From: Cetobacterium sp.
GTDB lineage: Bacteria; Fusobacteriota; Fusobacteriia; Fusobacteriales; Fusobacteriaceae
Assembly (NCBI GenBank): GCA_051652625.1
Contig: JBOFUO010000004.1
Span: 1-59,349 of the forward strand
Direction of reading: 5' to 3'
Length of the DNA stretch: 59,349 nucleotides
The stretch's first letter is position 1. Every line of letters begins with the position of its first letter. Shown one piece after another: positions 9,549 through 21,378 of the stretch. Made by a program: the position numbers and the translations under genes. The notes under the pieces were generated by a model. It was not told where the DNA came from. It did not search any database and was given only the letters and a program-made list of their open reading frames with translations.

Positions 9549-11051
9549 TTGAAAATCAGACCAGAAGAAGTAAGTAATATAATTAAAACTGAGATCGAGA
9601 ATTACAAAAAGAGTCTTGATGTCAAAACTTCAGGTTCTGTATTAGAAGTAGGAGACGGAATTGCAAGAATCTACGGATTAAGCAGTGCAAAAGCAGGAGA
9701 GCTTTTAGAGTTTCCGAACGGAATAACAGGAATGGTTCTAAACCTTGAAGAGGATAACGTTGGAGCTGTTATACTAGGAGACTATACAAAGATTAAAGAG
9801 GGAGACGAGGTTAAAGCTACAGGTAGAATTGCCTCTGTTCCAGCAGGAGAATCTTTATTAGGAAGAGTAGTTAACGCCCTTGGAGAGCCAATAGATGGAA
9901 AAGGTGAATTAAAAATTGAAAAATACATGGAGATCGAAAGAAAAGCTTCAGGTATTATTTCAAGAAAGCCAGTATCTGAGCCACTACAAACAGGAATCAA
10001 GTCAATAGACGGAATGGTACCTATCGGTAGAGGTCAAAGAGAGCTTATTATCGGAGATAGACAAACTGGTAAAACAGCAGTAGCACTTGATGCTATACTA
10101 AACCAAAAAAATACAGGAGTAAAATGTATTTATGTTGCGATTGGTCAAAAAAGATCAACAGTAGCACAAATCGTTAAAAGATTAGAAGATGCAGGAGCTA
10201 TGGAGTATACTATAGTTGTTGCTGCAACAGCTTCTGAATCAGCTCCATTACAATACCTAGCACCATACTCTGGAGTAGCTATGGGAGAATACTTCATGGA
10301 TAAAGGTGAAGCTGTTTTAATAGTTTATGATGATTTATCTAAGCATGCAGTTGCATACAGAGAGATGTCATTACTATTAAAGAGACCACCTGGAAGAGAA
10401 GCTTACCCAGGAGACGTTTTCTATCTTCACTCAAGATTACTTGAGAGAGCTGCTAAATTATCAGATGAATTAGGTGGAGGATCAATAACAGCTTTACCAA
10501 TCATCGAAACTCAAGCAGGAGACGTATCAGCATATATTCCAACAAATGTTATTTCAATAACAGATGGACAAATATTCCTAGATGCTCAATTATTCAATTC
10601 AGGATTCAGACCAGCTATAAATGCAGGTATATCTGTTTCAAGAGTTGGAGGATCTGCACAAATAAAAGCTATGAAGCAAGTTGCTGCTAAAGTTAAGTTA
10701 GAATTAGCTCAATATACTGAGTTACTAACATTTGCACAATTTGGATCAGATTTAGATAAAGCTACAAAAGCTCAATTAGAAAGAGGACATAGAATTATGG
10801 AAGTTTTAAAGCAACCACAATACAGTCCTTATCCAGTTGAAGAGCAAGCTGTATCATTCTACACAGTAATCAATGGATTCTTAGATGAAGTACCTCTTGA
10901 TGATGTAAGAAGATTTGAAAGAGAATTAATTACAGAAATGAGAAATACAACAACTATTTTAGATGAAATTATAAAAGGTAAAACTTTAACTAAAGAAATC
11001 GAAGCTAAAATAGTAGATACAGTAGCAGCATTTAAAAAGAATTTTAATTAA
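9549..11051 (+). CDS. atpA: ATP synthase subunit alpha
   Basis: [31 protein letters not shown]; TTG start. Confidence 0.99.
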   Translation: MKIRPEEVSNIIKTEIENYKKSLDVKTSGSVLEVGDGIARIYGLSSAKAGELLEFPNGITGMVLNLEEDNVGAVILGDYTKIKEGDEVKATGRIASVPAGESLLGRVVNALGEPIDGKGELKIEKYMEIERKASGIISRKPVSEPLQTGIKSIDGMVPIGRGQRELIIGDRQTGKTAVALDAILNQKNTGVKCIYVAIGQKRSTVAQIVKRLEDAGAMEYTIVVAATASESAPLQYLAPYSGVAMGEYFMDKGEAVLIVYDDLSKHAVAYREMSLLLKRPPGREAYPGDVFYLHSRLLERAAKLSDELGGGSITALPIIETQAGDVSAYIPTNVISITDGQIFLDAQLFNSGFRPAINAGISVSRVGGSAQIKAMKQVAAKVKLELAQYTELLTFAQFGSDLDKATKAQLERGHRIMEVLKQPQYSPYPVEEQAVSFYTVINGFLDEVPLDDVRRFERELITEMRNTTTILDEIIKGKTLTKEIEAKIVDTVAAFKKNFN

Positions 11052-11065
11052 AGAGAGGTGGGAAT

Positions 11066-11917
11066 ATGGCTGGAACTAGAGAAATCAAAAACAGAATAAA
11101 AAGTGTTCAGTCTACTCACCAAATTACAAAGGCCATGGAAATTGTTTCTACTACTAAATTTAAGAAATTTTCAACTATAGTAGCTCAATCAAAACCTTAT
11201 TCAGAAAGTATTGCAAATATTTTACAAAATATTGCTGCTGGTGTTAAAAGTGAAAGACACCCACTTTTTGATGGTAGAGAAGATGTAAAAAAAGTAGGAG
11301 TTGTTGTTATGTCTTCAGATAGAGGACTAGCAGGAAGTTTTAATACTAATACATTAAAAGCACTAGAAAAATTAATTTCTGAAAATAGTGGAAAAAAGGT
11401 CTCTGTAATAGCAGTTGGAAGAAAAGCTAAAGAATACTGTGCTAAAAGAAATTACGATGTAAAAGCTGAATACACACAACTAATACCTGAAACTATGTTT
11501 GAAAAAGCAAAAGAGATTAGTGAAAATATTGTAGAATATTACTATAATAACATCTTTGATGAAGTTTATGTAATCTATAATAAATTCGTATCAGCTTTAG
11601 CAAGTGATTTAACAGTAAGAAAAGTAATTCCTATAGAAAGAGCTGAAGGAAGTGAGAATAAAGCTTATATATTTGAGCCGTCTCCAGAAGAGATATTATC
11701 ATCTCTATTACCAAAGTATCTAAATATGGAATTATACAAAGCTTTATTAGATAACACTGCTAGTGAGCATTCTGCAAGAAAAAATGCAATGAAAAGTGCA
11801 ACGGACAATGCTGAAGATATGATAAAGGGATTAACTTTAGAATATAACAGAAGAAGACAAGCTTCAATAACTCAAGAGATATCTGAGATTGTTGGAGGAG
11901 CCGCTGCGTTAAATTAA
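11066..11917 (+). CDS. atpG: ATP synthase subunit gamma
   Basis: [32 protein letters not shown]. Confidence 0.98.
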   Translation: MAGTREIKNRIKSVQSTHQITKAMEIVSTTKFKKFSTIVAQSKPYSESIANILQNIAAGVKSERHPLFDGREDVKKVGVVVMSSDRGLAGSFNTNTLKALEKLISENSGKKVSVIAVGRKAKEYCAKRNYDVKAEYTQLIPETMFEKAKEISENIVEYYYNNIFDEVYVIYNKFVSALASDLTVRKVIPIERAEGSENKAYIFEPSPEEILSSLLPKYLNMELYKALLDNTASEHSARKNAMKSATDNAEDMIKGLTLEYNRRRQASITQEISEIVGGAAALN

Positions 11918-11927
11918 GAATAATTAG

Positions 11928-13340
<1,413 letters not shown>

Positions 13341-13342
13341 TT

Positions 13343-13750
13343 ATGGCAAACTCTTTTAAGCTAGAGCTAGTAACTCCATTAAGTAAAGTTTTATCTGAAG
13401 AGGTAAACTTTGTTATGCTAAGAACTACAGAAGGAGATATGGGTATATTACCTAATCACTCACCTTTTGTTGCTGGATTAGCTACTGGAGAGATGAAAAT
13501 TAAAAATAACGGACAAGAGACTTTTTACTATGTTTCAGGAGGTTTCGTAGAAATTTCTGGAAATGTTGTGACTATTTTAGCTGATGAAGCTATGGATGTT
13601 AAAGACATAGATTTAGAAGCAGCTAAAAAAGAAGCTCAACTTGCTAAAGGTAAATTAGAAAGAGCAGCAGAGGATATGGATATTGCTAATGTGCAAAAAG
13701 CATTAACTCAAGCTTTAACTAAAGTTAAACTAGCAGAAAGAATGTTATAA
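13343..13750 (+). CDS. atpC: ATP synthase subunit epsilon
   Basis: GDMGILPNHSP, SGGFVEI. Confidence 0.97.
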   Translation: MANSFKLELVTPLSKVLSEEVNFVMLRTTEGDMGILPNHSPFVAGLATGEMKIKNNGQETFYYVSGGFVEISGNVVTILADEAMDVKDIDLEAAKKEAQLAKGKLERAAEDMDIANVQKALTQALTKVKLAERML

Positions 13751-13790
13751 TAAAAATTCCCGATTAGAATATCTAATCGGGAATTTTTAT
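13751..13790. terminator. Bidirectional terminator between atpC and der
   Basis: AAAAATTCCCGATTAGA / TCTAATCGGGAATTTTT between convergent genes. Confidence 0.9.
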
Positions 13791-13800
13791 TTTTTAAAAT

Positions 13801-15120
13801 TTAACCGTTTTTACGATCGAAGATAACATCAATAGGTGTTCCTTCAAATCCGAAAGATTCTCTTAATTTATTCTCAATATATCTACCATAAGAGAAGTGA
13901 ACAAGCTCTGGATAGTTACAGAATAAGATAAATCTTGGTGGTGCAGTAGAAATTTGAGTAGCGTAGTTAATTTTAACAACTCTACCTTTTCTTGTAGGAG
14001 GATTATTCATAACAATAGCATCACTGATAACTGTATTTAATAATCCAGTAGAGATTCTCTTGTTGTATTCAGCAAATACAGCTTCTGAATGCTCTAATAA
14101 TTTAGTTGTTCTTTGACCAGTTAAAGCTGAAATGAATTCAACAGGTGCATAAGATAAGAATGGTAACTCAGCAAGAAGTTCCTCTCTCATTTTTTTCATT
14201 GTATCGCCTTTTTTATTTTCGATAGTATCCCATTTGTTCATAACAATTATAATAGGCTTTTTCTCATCATGAGCAATTCCAGCAATTCTCTTATCTTGCT
14301 CAGTTAGTCCTTCGCTACCATCTAGCATCCAAATACAAACGTCTGCTCTTTTTATTGTCTTTATAGCTCTTAAAACAGAATAGTACTCTAAACTTTCTTC
14401 AACTTTAGATTTTCTTCTGATACCAGCAGTATCTATAAGAACATATTTATTTCCATCAAATTCAATAGCAGTATCTATAGCATCTCTAGTTGTTCCAGCA
14501 ATATCACTAACTATAGTTCTTTCTTCACCACAAAGTCTGTTAACAAGAGATGATTTTCCAGCGTTAGGTCTTCCAATTATAGCTAATTTTAATCCTTCTT
14601 CTTCTTCATACTCTTCAACAAATTCTTCGATTGTTTCAACAACTAAATCAAGCATATCTCCTAAGTTGATTTTATGTTCTCCTGAAACAGGTATAAGATG
14701 TTCAAATCCTAATCCCCAGAAATCATATACATCATCTTGTTGAGCTTGGAAGTTATCTATTTTATTAACACAAAGTATAACAGGTTTCTTTTTCTTTCTT
14801 AATAAGTAAGCTACCTCTTCATCTAATGGATTTAATCCATTTTTTCCATCTACAACGAATAAAATAACGTCAGCTTCGTTCATTGCAACTTCAGCTTGTT
14901 GTCTAATTTTAGTCATCATAAACTCGTTATTTCTAGGCTCAAGTCCTCCAGTATCAACTAGAACGAACTCTTTACCACGCCATTCAGTCTCTCTGTATAA
15001 TCTATCTCTTGTAACTCCTGGTTGGTCGTCAACGATAGCTATTCTATCCCCAACCAACTTATTAAATAATGTTGATTTTCCAACGTTAGGTCTTCCTACG
15101 ATTGCAACAATTGGTTTCAA
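13801..15120 (-). CDS. der: Ribosome biogenesis GTPase Der (EngA)
   Basis: Two G-domains (GRPNVGKS, GRPNAGKS), DTGG/DTAG, NKID/NKWD. Confidence 0.98.
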   Translation of the reverse strand: MKPIVAIVGRPNVGKSTLFNKLVGDRIAIVDDQPGVTRDRLYRETEWRGKEFVLVDTGGLEPRNNEFMMTKIRQQAEVAMNEADVILFVVDGKNGLNPLDEEVAYLLRKKKKPVILCVNKIDNFQAQQDDVYDFWGLGFEHLIPVSGEHKINLGDMLDLVVETIEEFVEEYEEEEGLKLAIIGRPNAGKSSLVNRLCGEERTIVSDIAGTTRDAIDTAIEFDGNKYVLIDTAGIRRKSKVEESLEYYSVLRAIKTIKRADVCIWMLDGSEGLTEQDKRIAGIAHDEKKPIIIVMNKWDTIENKKGDTMKKMREELLAELPFLSYAPVEFISALTGQRTTKLLEHSEAVFAEYNKRISTGLLNTVISDAIVMNNPPTRKGRVVKINYATQISTAPPRFILFCNYPELVHFSYGRYIENKLRESFGFEGTPIDVIFDRKNG

Positions 15121-15122
15121 TT

Positions 15123-16829
15123 TTAATACCTCCTAGTTTTATTTGTTTGAGTGATAATATCTTTTTGTTTTTGTTTTTTACCATTGTCCTTTTCAACGAA
15201 TATTTTTTTATCATTAAATGGATTCATTTCGGTATAATACATAAGTGTAGAATAAGTTGATGGAGTAGGAGTAAAAATTTGTACCTGCTCTGGACTTATT
15301 TTAAGTTCAGAGGATGCGAATCTTTTTAAATCTAACATATCTTTTTCGTTACATCCTGGATGAGCAGCAATCAAATAATAAGTTAAAAACTGTTTTTTAT
15401 CATGCTTTTTATTCAGTTCATAGAAACGATTCTTAAACTCTTTTAATATACTTTTTCCTTGTTTACCCATTAGAGAAAGAATTTTATCCTCTGTATGTTC
15501 AGGAGCGATTTTCATCTGTCCTGAAATATGGTCTTTAATAATTTCTTCAAGATAGTTATCACCAAATTTATTATCATCTAAAATCATATCATATCTGATA
15601 CCAGATGCAATAAATATTTTTTTAATTTTATCAATGGATTTAAGTTTTCTTAAAAGTCCTATCTGTTTTGAATGATCTAATTTTAATGCAGGACAAGTTT
15701 CAGGATAAAGACACCTTTTATGAGAACAAGCTCCATGCTTTAATTTTTTATTACATTCAAGCCCATACATATTTGCTGTAGGACCTCCAACATCTGAGAT
15801 ATTTCCTTTAAATCCTTTTGAATTTGAAATAGTTGTCACTTCTTTGATTATAGAATCTTCACTTCTAGAAATAACAGTTCTTCCTTGATGAACAGCAATA
15901 GCACAGAAGTTACATTCACCATAACACCCTCTATGAGTAGTCACAGAGTTTTTAATAGTGTCTAAAGCTTTTACATGACCATCCTTTTTATAGTAAGGAT
16001 GAACATCTCTTTCAAATTCCAATCCATAAACAGCATCCATCTCTTCTGATGTGAAATTTTCACAAGGTGGATTTTGAATATAGTATCTATCAGCATTTTT
16101 TTGATAAATACCTTTTGCAGTAATTGGGTCACAATTATTATAGAAAAGTTCAAAAGCTTTAACAAAGTTTTCTTTTTTTTCTAGACACTCTTCAAAGCTT
16201 GGAAGAGCAAGATATCCTTCTAAAGGTTCTTTTGAAATATATCCAATACCTCTGATACCTCTCCAATCCTCATTGTTTTTAATAGCTTCAGCAAGCTCTA
16301 ACATAGATTTTTCACCCATTCCATAAGAAAGGATATCAGCTTTAGCATCAAAAAGCAGAGGACGTCTTAGAGAGTTACTCCAATAATCAAAGTGTACAAC
16401 TCTTCTAAGACTAGCTTCTATTCCACCTAGTACAATAGGAACAGAGCTATTTTTAAAGAAACGACGAATTAGGTTAGTATATTGCATAGTTGCTCTATCA
16501 GGTCTTCTATTATTTTCTCCACCAGGAGTAAAGTCGTCACTTTTTCTTCTTTTTTTAGTAGCGGTGTAGTTAGCAACCATAGAATCAACACAACCAGCAG
16601 AAACTGCCCAATATAAATTGGGAGCTCCAAGTCTAGTTATGTCTTTATCAGAATTAATATCTGGTTGTGCAATAACACCTACTCTAAAACCATTTTTAAC
16701 TAACCATTTACCAATAATAGCAGTACCATTATATGAGGAATCTAAATACGTATCTCCAGATATAAGAATAATATCTAAAGAATCCCATCCTAGTTTTTTA
16801 ACCTCTTCCTTTGTAGTAGGTAGAAACAT
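15123..16829 (-). CDS. YgiQ-family radical SAM protein
   Basis: CxxxCxxC (RGCYGECNFC), SDVGGPTANMY, APEH, QIFTPTP. Confidence 0.92.
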   Translation of the reverse strand: MFLPTTKEEVKKLGWDSLDIILISGDTYLDSSYNGTAIIGKWLVKNGFRVGVIAQPDINSDKDITRLGAPNLYWAVSAGCVDSMVANYTATKKRRKSDDFTPGGENNRRPDRATMQYTNLIRRFFKNSSVPIVLGGIEASLRRVVHFDYWSNSLRRPLLFDAKADILSYGMGEKSMLELAEAIKNNEDWRGIRGIGYISKEPLEGYLALPSFEECLEKKENFVKAFELFYNNCDPITAKGIYQKNADRYYIQNPPCENFTSEEMDAVYGLEFERDVHPYYKKDGHVKALDTIKNSVTTHRGCYGECNFCAIAVHQGRTVISRSEDSIIKEVTTISNSKGFKGNISDVGGPTANMYGLECNKKLKHGACSHKRCLYPETCPALKLDHSKQIGLLRKLKSIDKIKKIFIASGIRYDMILDDNKFGDNYLEEIIKDHISGQMKIAPEHTEDKILSLMGKQGKSILKEFKNRFYELNKKHDKKQFLTYYLIAAHPGCNEKDMLDLKRFASSELKISPEQVQIFTPTPSTYSTLMYYTEMNPFNDKKIFVEKDNGKKQKQKDIITQTNKTRRY

Positions 16830-16835
16830 TTAAAA

Positions 16836-18440
16836 TCACACTCCTTGAGACGCAGCCATTAAGAAAGGAACAACTTGTTTCTTTCTAGAAACAACACCCT
16901 CAACCCAAGCAGTGTTGTTATTTAAAGTTGTATGGAAAGCTCTTTCAACAATTGTAGGATTTCCAACAACAAGAAGCATAGAACCAGCTTTAACTATATC
17001 TGTAATAACAAGTACAGATAATCCATATCCATTGTCGTTATTAGTTTTAGTCATAGCAGTTTCTAGAGCTTCTTGTAAATTTAAAAGCCCTTTTACGTCA
17101 ACAGTATTAACTTGAGAAATAGCCAATTTAACTCCATTCATAGAAAATTCTTTTTGGTCCATAGTTAATATCTCTTCAGGTGTTTTATCTGAAAGAGAAG
17201 TACCAGCAATAAGCATTTCCATTGCATACTCTTCAAAGTTATTAACTTCAGAAATTAGAGCTAAAGCTTTTACAGCAGCAATATCTTTTTCTGTACAAGT
17301 TGGAGACTTAAATAAAAGTGTATCAGATAAGATAGCACTCATCATTAATCCAGCAATTTCTTTTGGAGGAACAATTCCAGCATCTTTATAAAGGTCATAA
17401 ATTATAGTACAAGTACATCCAACAGCTTCTGCATTTATTTTTACAGGTTCGTTAGTTTCAAAATCAAACTTGTGATGGTCTACAACTTGAATTACTTGAG
17501 CGTCCTTTAACCCAGCAACAGATTGAGCACTTTCATTATGATCAACTAAAACAACTTTTTTTCTAGTAAAATTAATTAAGTTTTTAGTTCTGATAGTTCC
17601 ATAAACTTCTCCGTTTTTGTTTACAACAGGGAAGTTTGTTTGAGAAGATTCTTTCATAATATCTTTAATGTCAACTAAATAATCATCAGTAGAGAAAGAA
17701 TAGAATTTCTCATTGTTTAAAATAGATAAAATAGATATTGATTGAGAGATTAAAGGTATAGCTTTAAATAAAGATTTATTAACTCTTAAAATAGGAGTTT
17801 TTGAATCTCTAGATAAGATAACATCTTCTTTATCACAACAAAGAATAATCATTTTTACATCTAAATTAATTAATTCATCTATAGAATCTAATAGAGTAGT
17901 TGTTATAACAATATCACCAGAAGAGATATTTTTATATTCACTAACTCCTTTTAAATTAGCTTCGATTTTACCACAAGGGTACTCTCCACTAACAACTTCT
18001 CCTTCTAAAACTTCTTTTAAGTTTTCATAAGTTGTATAATAGTTAGAGAATAAATCAGAATAGTCAATGTTTAAGTATGCGTTAGCAATATCAGAAACAT
18101 GTATCATTCCTTTTAAGTGATTTTTACTATTAACAACAGGTAAACTAGAAAAGTTTTCTTCAGTCATTATTTTTAAAGCTTTCTTTAAAGAATCTTTATG
18201 ATTTACAGTTCTTTTTTCAACAGAAGTAAGGTCTGATATTTGAGCACTCACTGTTGAAAGTAGTTTTGGTGCATCTATGTTAAAACTATTTAAAACAAAT
18301 TCAGTCTCTTTACTAATGTTTCCTAATCTACAAGCTAAAGCAGATTCTCCTTTTAACTCTTTTAATCTAGCTAACGAAATAGCAGAACAGATAGAATCTG
18401 TATCTGGATTTTTATGTCCAAAAATTAAAGTTGGTTCCAT
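16836..18440 (-). CDS. ppaC: Family II Mn-dependent inorganic pyrophosphatase with CBS/DRTGG insert
   Basis: GHKNPDTDS, LVDHN, DHH, SDTL, SRKKQV; CBS pair inserted; start moved to ATG 18440 after AGGAGA. Confidence 0.93.
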   Translation of the reverse strand: MEPTLIFGHKNPDTDSICSAISLARLKELKGESALACRLGNISKETEFVLNSFNIDAPKLLSTVSAQISDLTSVEKRTVNHKDSLKKALKIMTEENFSSLPVVNSKNHLKGMIHVSDIANAYLNIDYSDLFSNYYTTYENLKEVLEGEVVSGEYPCGKIEANLKGVSEYKNISSGDIVITTTLLDSIDELINLDVKMIILCCDKEDVILSRDSKTPILRVNKSLFKAIPLISQSISILSILNNEKFYSFSTDDYLVDIKDIMKESSQTNFPVVNKNGEVYGTIRTKNLINFTRKKVVLVDHNESAQSVAGLKDAQVIQVVDHHKFDFETNEPVKINAEAVGCTCTIIYDLYKDAGIVPPKEIAGLMMSAILSDTLLFKSPTCTEKDIAAVKALALISEVNNFEEYAMEMLIAGTSLSDKTPEEILTMDQKEFSMNGVKLAISQVNTVDVKGLLNLQEALETAMTKTNNDNGYGLSVLVITDIVKAGSMLLVVGNPTIVERAFHTTLNNNTAWVEGVVSRKKQVVPFLMAASQGV

Positions 18441-18631
18441 GTAAATACTCTCCTTTTTCTTAATAAGTCTATTAATTATTTTATCATTTTTTTGAAAATA
18501 GAACAACAAAATCTTTACTTTTATGCTAAAAAATATAAAATATAAAATGAAAATATACGGATATGGAAAATATGTAGTTATTATGCTAAAATATATGAAA
18601 GGTTTTTAGAAAAATATTCATGAGGTGAAAA

Positions 18632-19390
18632 ATGAAATTAGTTGATACACATTGTCATTTAGATAATGAACAATTTGATTTAGATAGATTAGAAGTTATA
18701 AACAGAATAAAAGAAAAATTAGAATTTTGTGTAAATATAGGTTATGATTTAAAAAGTTCTAAAAAAAGTTTAGAGTTAGCAAAAGAATATGAATTTATAT
18801 ATGCTGTTATTGGAGTTCACCCAACTGATATATCAGAATATAATGAAGTTATTGAAAGTGAGTTAGAAAAGATGGCTAGAGATTTAAAAGTAGTTGCAAT
18901 TGGTGAGATTGGACTAGATTATCATTGGATGACAGAGCCGAAAGATATTCAGCAGAAAATATTTAGACAGCAATTAGAACTAGCTAGAAGAGTAAATAAA
19001 CCAGTAGTTATTCATACAAGAGATGCAATGGAAGATACAGTTAACATATTGAAAGAATATCCAGATTTAACTGGAGTTATTCATTGTTATCCAGGTTCAA
19101 TAGAAACTGCAAAAGTTTTAATTGATAGATTTTATTTAGGTATTGGAGGAACGTTAACGTTTAAAAATGCTAAAAAAACTGTAGAAGTAGTAAAGGATAT
19201 TCCTTTAGATAGAATTGTTATAGAAACAGATTCTCCTTATTTAACGCCTGTTCCATTTAGAGGAAAAAGAAATGAGCCTATTTATGTAGAAAATATAGCT
19301 CAAAAAATAGCTGAAATAAAAGAATTACCTTTAGAAGAAGTTGTTAAAATAACAACAGAAAATGCTAAAAAACTATACAGAATAGGATAG
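18632..19390 (+). CDS. tatD: TatD family DNase
   Basis: DTHCH, GEIGLDY, IHTRDA, ETDSPYL. Confidence 0.93.
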   Translation: MKLVDTHCHLDNEQFDLDRLEVINRIKEKLEFCVNIGYDLKSSKKSLELAKEYEFIYAVIGVHPTDISEYNEVIESELEKMARDLKVVAIGEIGLDYHWMTEPKDIQQKIFRQQLELARRVNKPVVIHTRDAMEDTVNILKEYPDLTGVIHCYPGSIETAKVLIDRFYLGIGGTLTFKNAKKTVEVVKDIPLDRIVIETDSPYLTPVPFRGKRNEPIYVENIAQKIAEIKELPLEEVVKITTENAKKLYRIG

Positions 19391-19398
19391 GTATAAGT

Positions 19399-19770
19399 AT
19401 GAAATTTTTAGGTATTGGAAATGATATAGTTGAAATTGATAGAATAGAAAAGGCAATTTCTAAAAATGGATTTAAAAAGAGAGTTTTTACTGAAAAAGAA
19501 ATTGATATGATTGAGAAAAAAGGTGGGAAAATTGAAAGTTATGCTGGAAGATTTTCTGCAAAAGAAGCTATTTCAAAAGCTTTAGGAACAGGTGTGAGAG
19601 GTTTTAACTTAGTCGATATAGAAATACTTAATAATAGATTGGGAAAACCCGAGGTAACTCTATTAGGAAACTTAAAAGATAAAAAATTAAGAATAGAGAT
19701 ATCTATATCTCATTGTAAAACTTATGCAACAGCAGTAGCTATAGCTATGGAGGGAGAAGAAAATGAATGA
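19399..19770 (+). CDS. acpS: Holo-ACP synthase
   Basis: GIGNDIVEI, AGRFSAKEA, SISH. Confidence 0.95.
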   Translation: MKFLGIGNDIVEIDRIEKAISKNGFKKRVFTEKEIDMIEKKGGKIESYAGRFSAKEAISKALGTGVRGFNLVDIEILNNRLGKPEVTLLGNLKDKKLRIEISISHCKTYATAVAIAMEGEENE

Positions 19771-20182
19771 TTTTTATAAAAAATTAGATATATTTATAGA
19801 TAGCTTAGAAAATAAAAAAGACGATTATGCAATATTGTCTTTTGTTGTTGATGAGTTAGAATATATACCAGATGAAGTTTTAGAGTATATTTCGAAAAAA
19901 ATAGATGTATTTACATTCTCATTAGATGGTACAATAAGATTTTATCCAAAACTTCAAAAAGCAAGAACAAAGTTTTATGTTCAAATTTGTACAGGAAGAA
20001 ATTGTAATTTACTTGGATTAAAAGAAAAAATTGCAGAGATAAAAAATAAAGTTAACTTTATAATAGAAGAAAGACATTGTTTGGGAAGATGTTCAAAAGG
20101 AAGCTCAATAAAAATAAACGAAGGATATTATTCATATAAAAGTTTGGAAGAACTAGAAAAGATATTATTCAATTTAAAATAA
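19763..20182 (+). CDS. NuoE/HydC-like thioredoxin-fold [2Fe-2S] protein
   Basis: NuoE-like N-terminal helices (EYIPDEVLEYIS...TIRFY) plus Cx4C (CTGRNC) and Cx3C (CLGRC). Confidence 0.7.
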   Translation: MNDFYKKLDIFIDSLENKKDDYAILSFVVDELEYIPDEVLEYISKKIDVFTFSLDGTIRFYPKLQKARTKFYVQICTGRNCNLLGLKEKIAEIKNKVNFIIEERHCLGRCSKGSSIKINEGYYSYKSLEELEKILFNLK

Positions 20183-20200
20183 AATTTAGGAGGAATTTTG

Positions 20201-21305
20201 ATGGATATTTTAGAATTAAAAAGAGAATACAACCAAGTTAAAAATCAAATAGATGCTATAAGGGGGTCTCTTTGACTTAGATGTCAGAAAAAATAAAATT
20301 GCTGAACTAGAAGCTAAAACTTTACAAGAAGGTTTTTGGAGTGATAAATTAACTAGTGGTAAAGTTATAAAAGAGATGAATGAAGAGAAAGATATAGTTA
20401 AAGAGTTTGAAACGATAGAAAGTATGTTTTTTGATGAAGATATTTTAATTGACTTTGTAGATTCTGGAGAAGAGGATTTTGTAGAAGAGTTAGAAGAAAA
20501 GCATACAAAACTTATTCATACAATTGAGAATTTTGATACGAAAATGCTATTAGATGGAGAGTATGACGGAAATAATGCAATCGTAACAATACACTCTGGA
20601 GCTGGTGGAACAGAAGCTTGTGATTGGGCTGATATGCTGTATAGAATGTATATGAGATGGTTTAACGTTAGAGGATTTAAAGTAACTGAAATGGACTATA
20701 TGTCAGGAGATTCAGTTGGAATTAAATCGATAACACTTTTAGTAGAAGGAACAAGAGCTTATGGATATTTAAAAGGAGAAAAAGGAGTTCATAGATTAGT
20801 TAGAATCTCTCCATTTGATGCGAATAAGAAAAGACATACTTCGTTTGCTTCTGTGGATATTATGCCAGAAGTAGATGACACAATTGAAATAACTATAGAT
20901 ACAGGAGATTTAAGAGTAGATACTTATAGAGCATCTGGAGCGGGAGGACAACACGTAAATATGACAGATTCTGCAGTAAGAATAACTCATATTCCAACAG
21001 GAGTAGTTGTGACTTGTCAAAAGGAACGTTCACAGTTGAACAATAGAGAAACAGCGATGAAACTTTTAAAATCAAAACTTTTAGAGATTGAGATGAAAAA
21101 GAAAGAGGAAGAGCTGAAAAAAATTCAAGGTGTTCAAAGTGATATCGGTTGGGGAAATCAAATTAGATCATATGTATTCCAACCTTATACAATGGTAAAA
21201 GACCATAGAACTTCTGTAGAGAGTGGAAACATAAGAGCAGTTATGGATGGAGATATAGATAGCTTCATAAATGGTTACTTAAGATGGTCAAAAAATAAAA
21301 ACTAA
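20201..21305 (+). CDS. prfB: Peptide chain release factor 2 (programmed +1 frameshift at 20270-20276)
   Basis: ATG 20201 gives 24 codons ending AGG GGG TCT CTT TGA C; +1 frame (GAC 20274) is in frame with the 20376 ORF; SPF and GGQ motifs. Confidence 0.97.
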
Positions 21306-21378
21306 TAAGTAATCTTGAAATTATTATTCAGATAGATTATAATATAGGGTACAAATTACAAAAAAGGGAGAGATTACA

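Noticed and set aside
18441-18509. N-terminal extensions in the ORF track (ppaC; likewise OYE 27132, malic enzyme 37532, atpB 7306, crr 39464, brnQ 42515, truB 55090)
   Set aside because: Downstream starts have proper SD spacing and match family N-termini; the extensions translate intergenic DNA
20201-20375. prfB as a pseudogene or sequencing error
   Set aside because: The stop lies in the canonical CTT-TGA-C programmed frameshift site with an upstream SD
21306-21378. T-box leader before gltX (also considered for both brnQ genes)
   Set aside because: Spacer too short and no T-box consensus found
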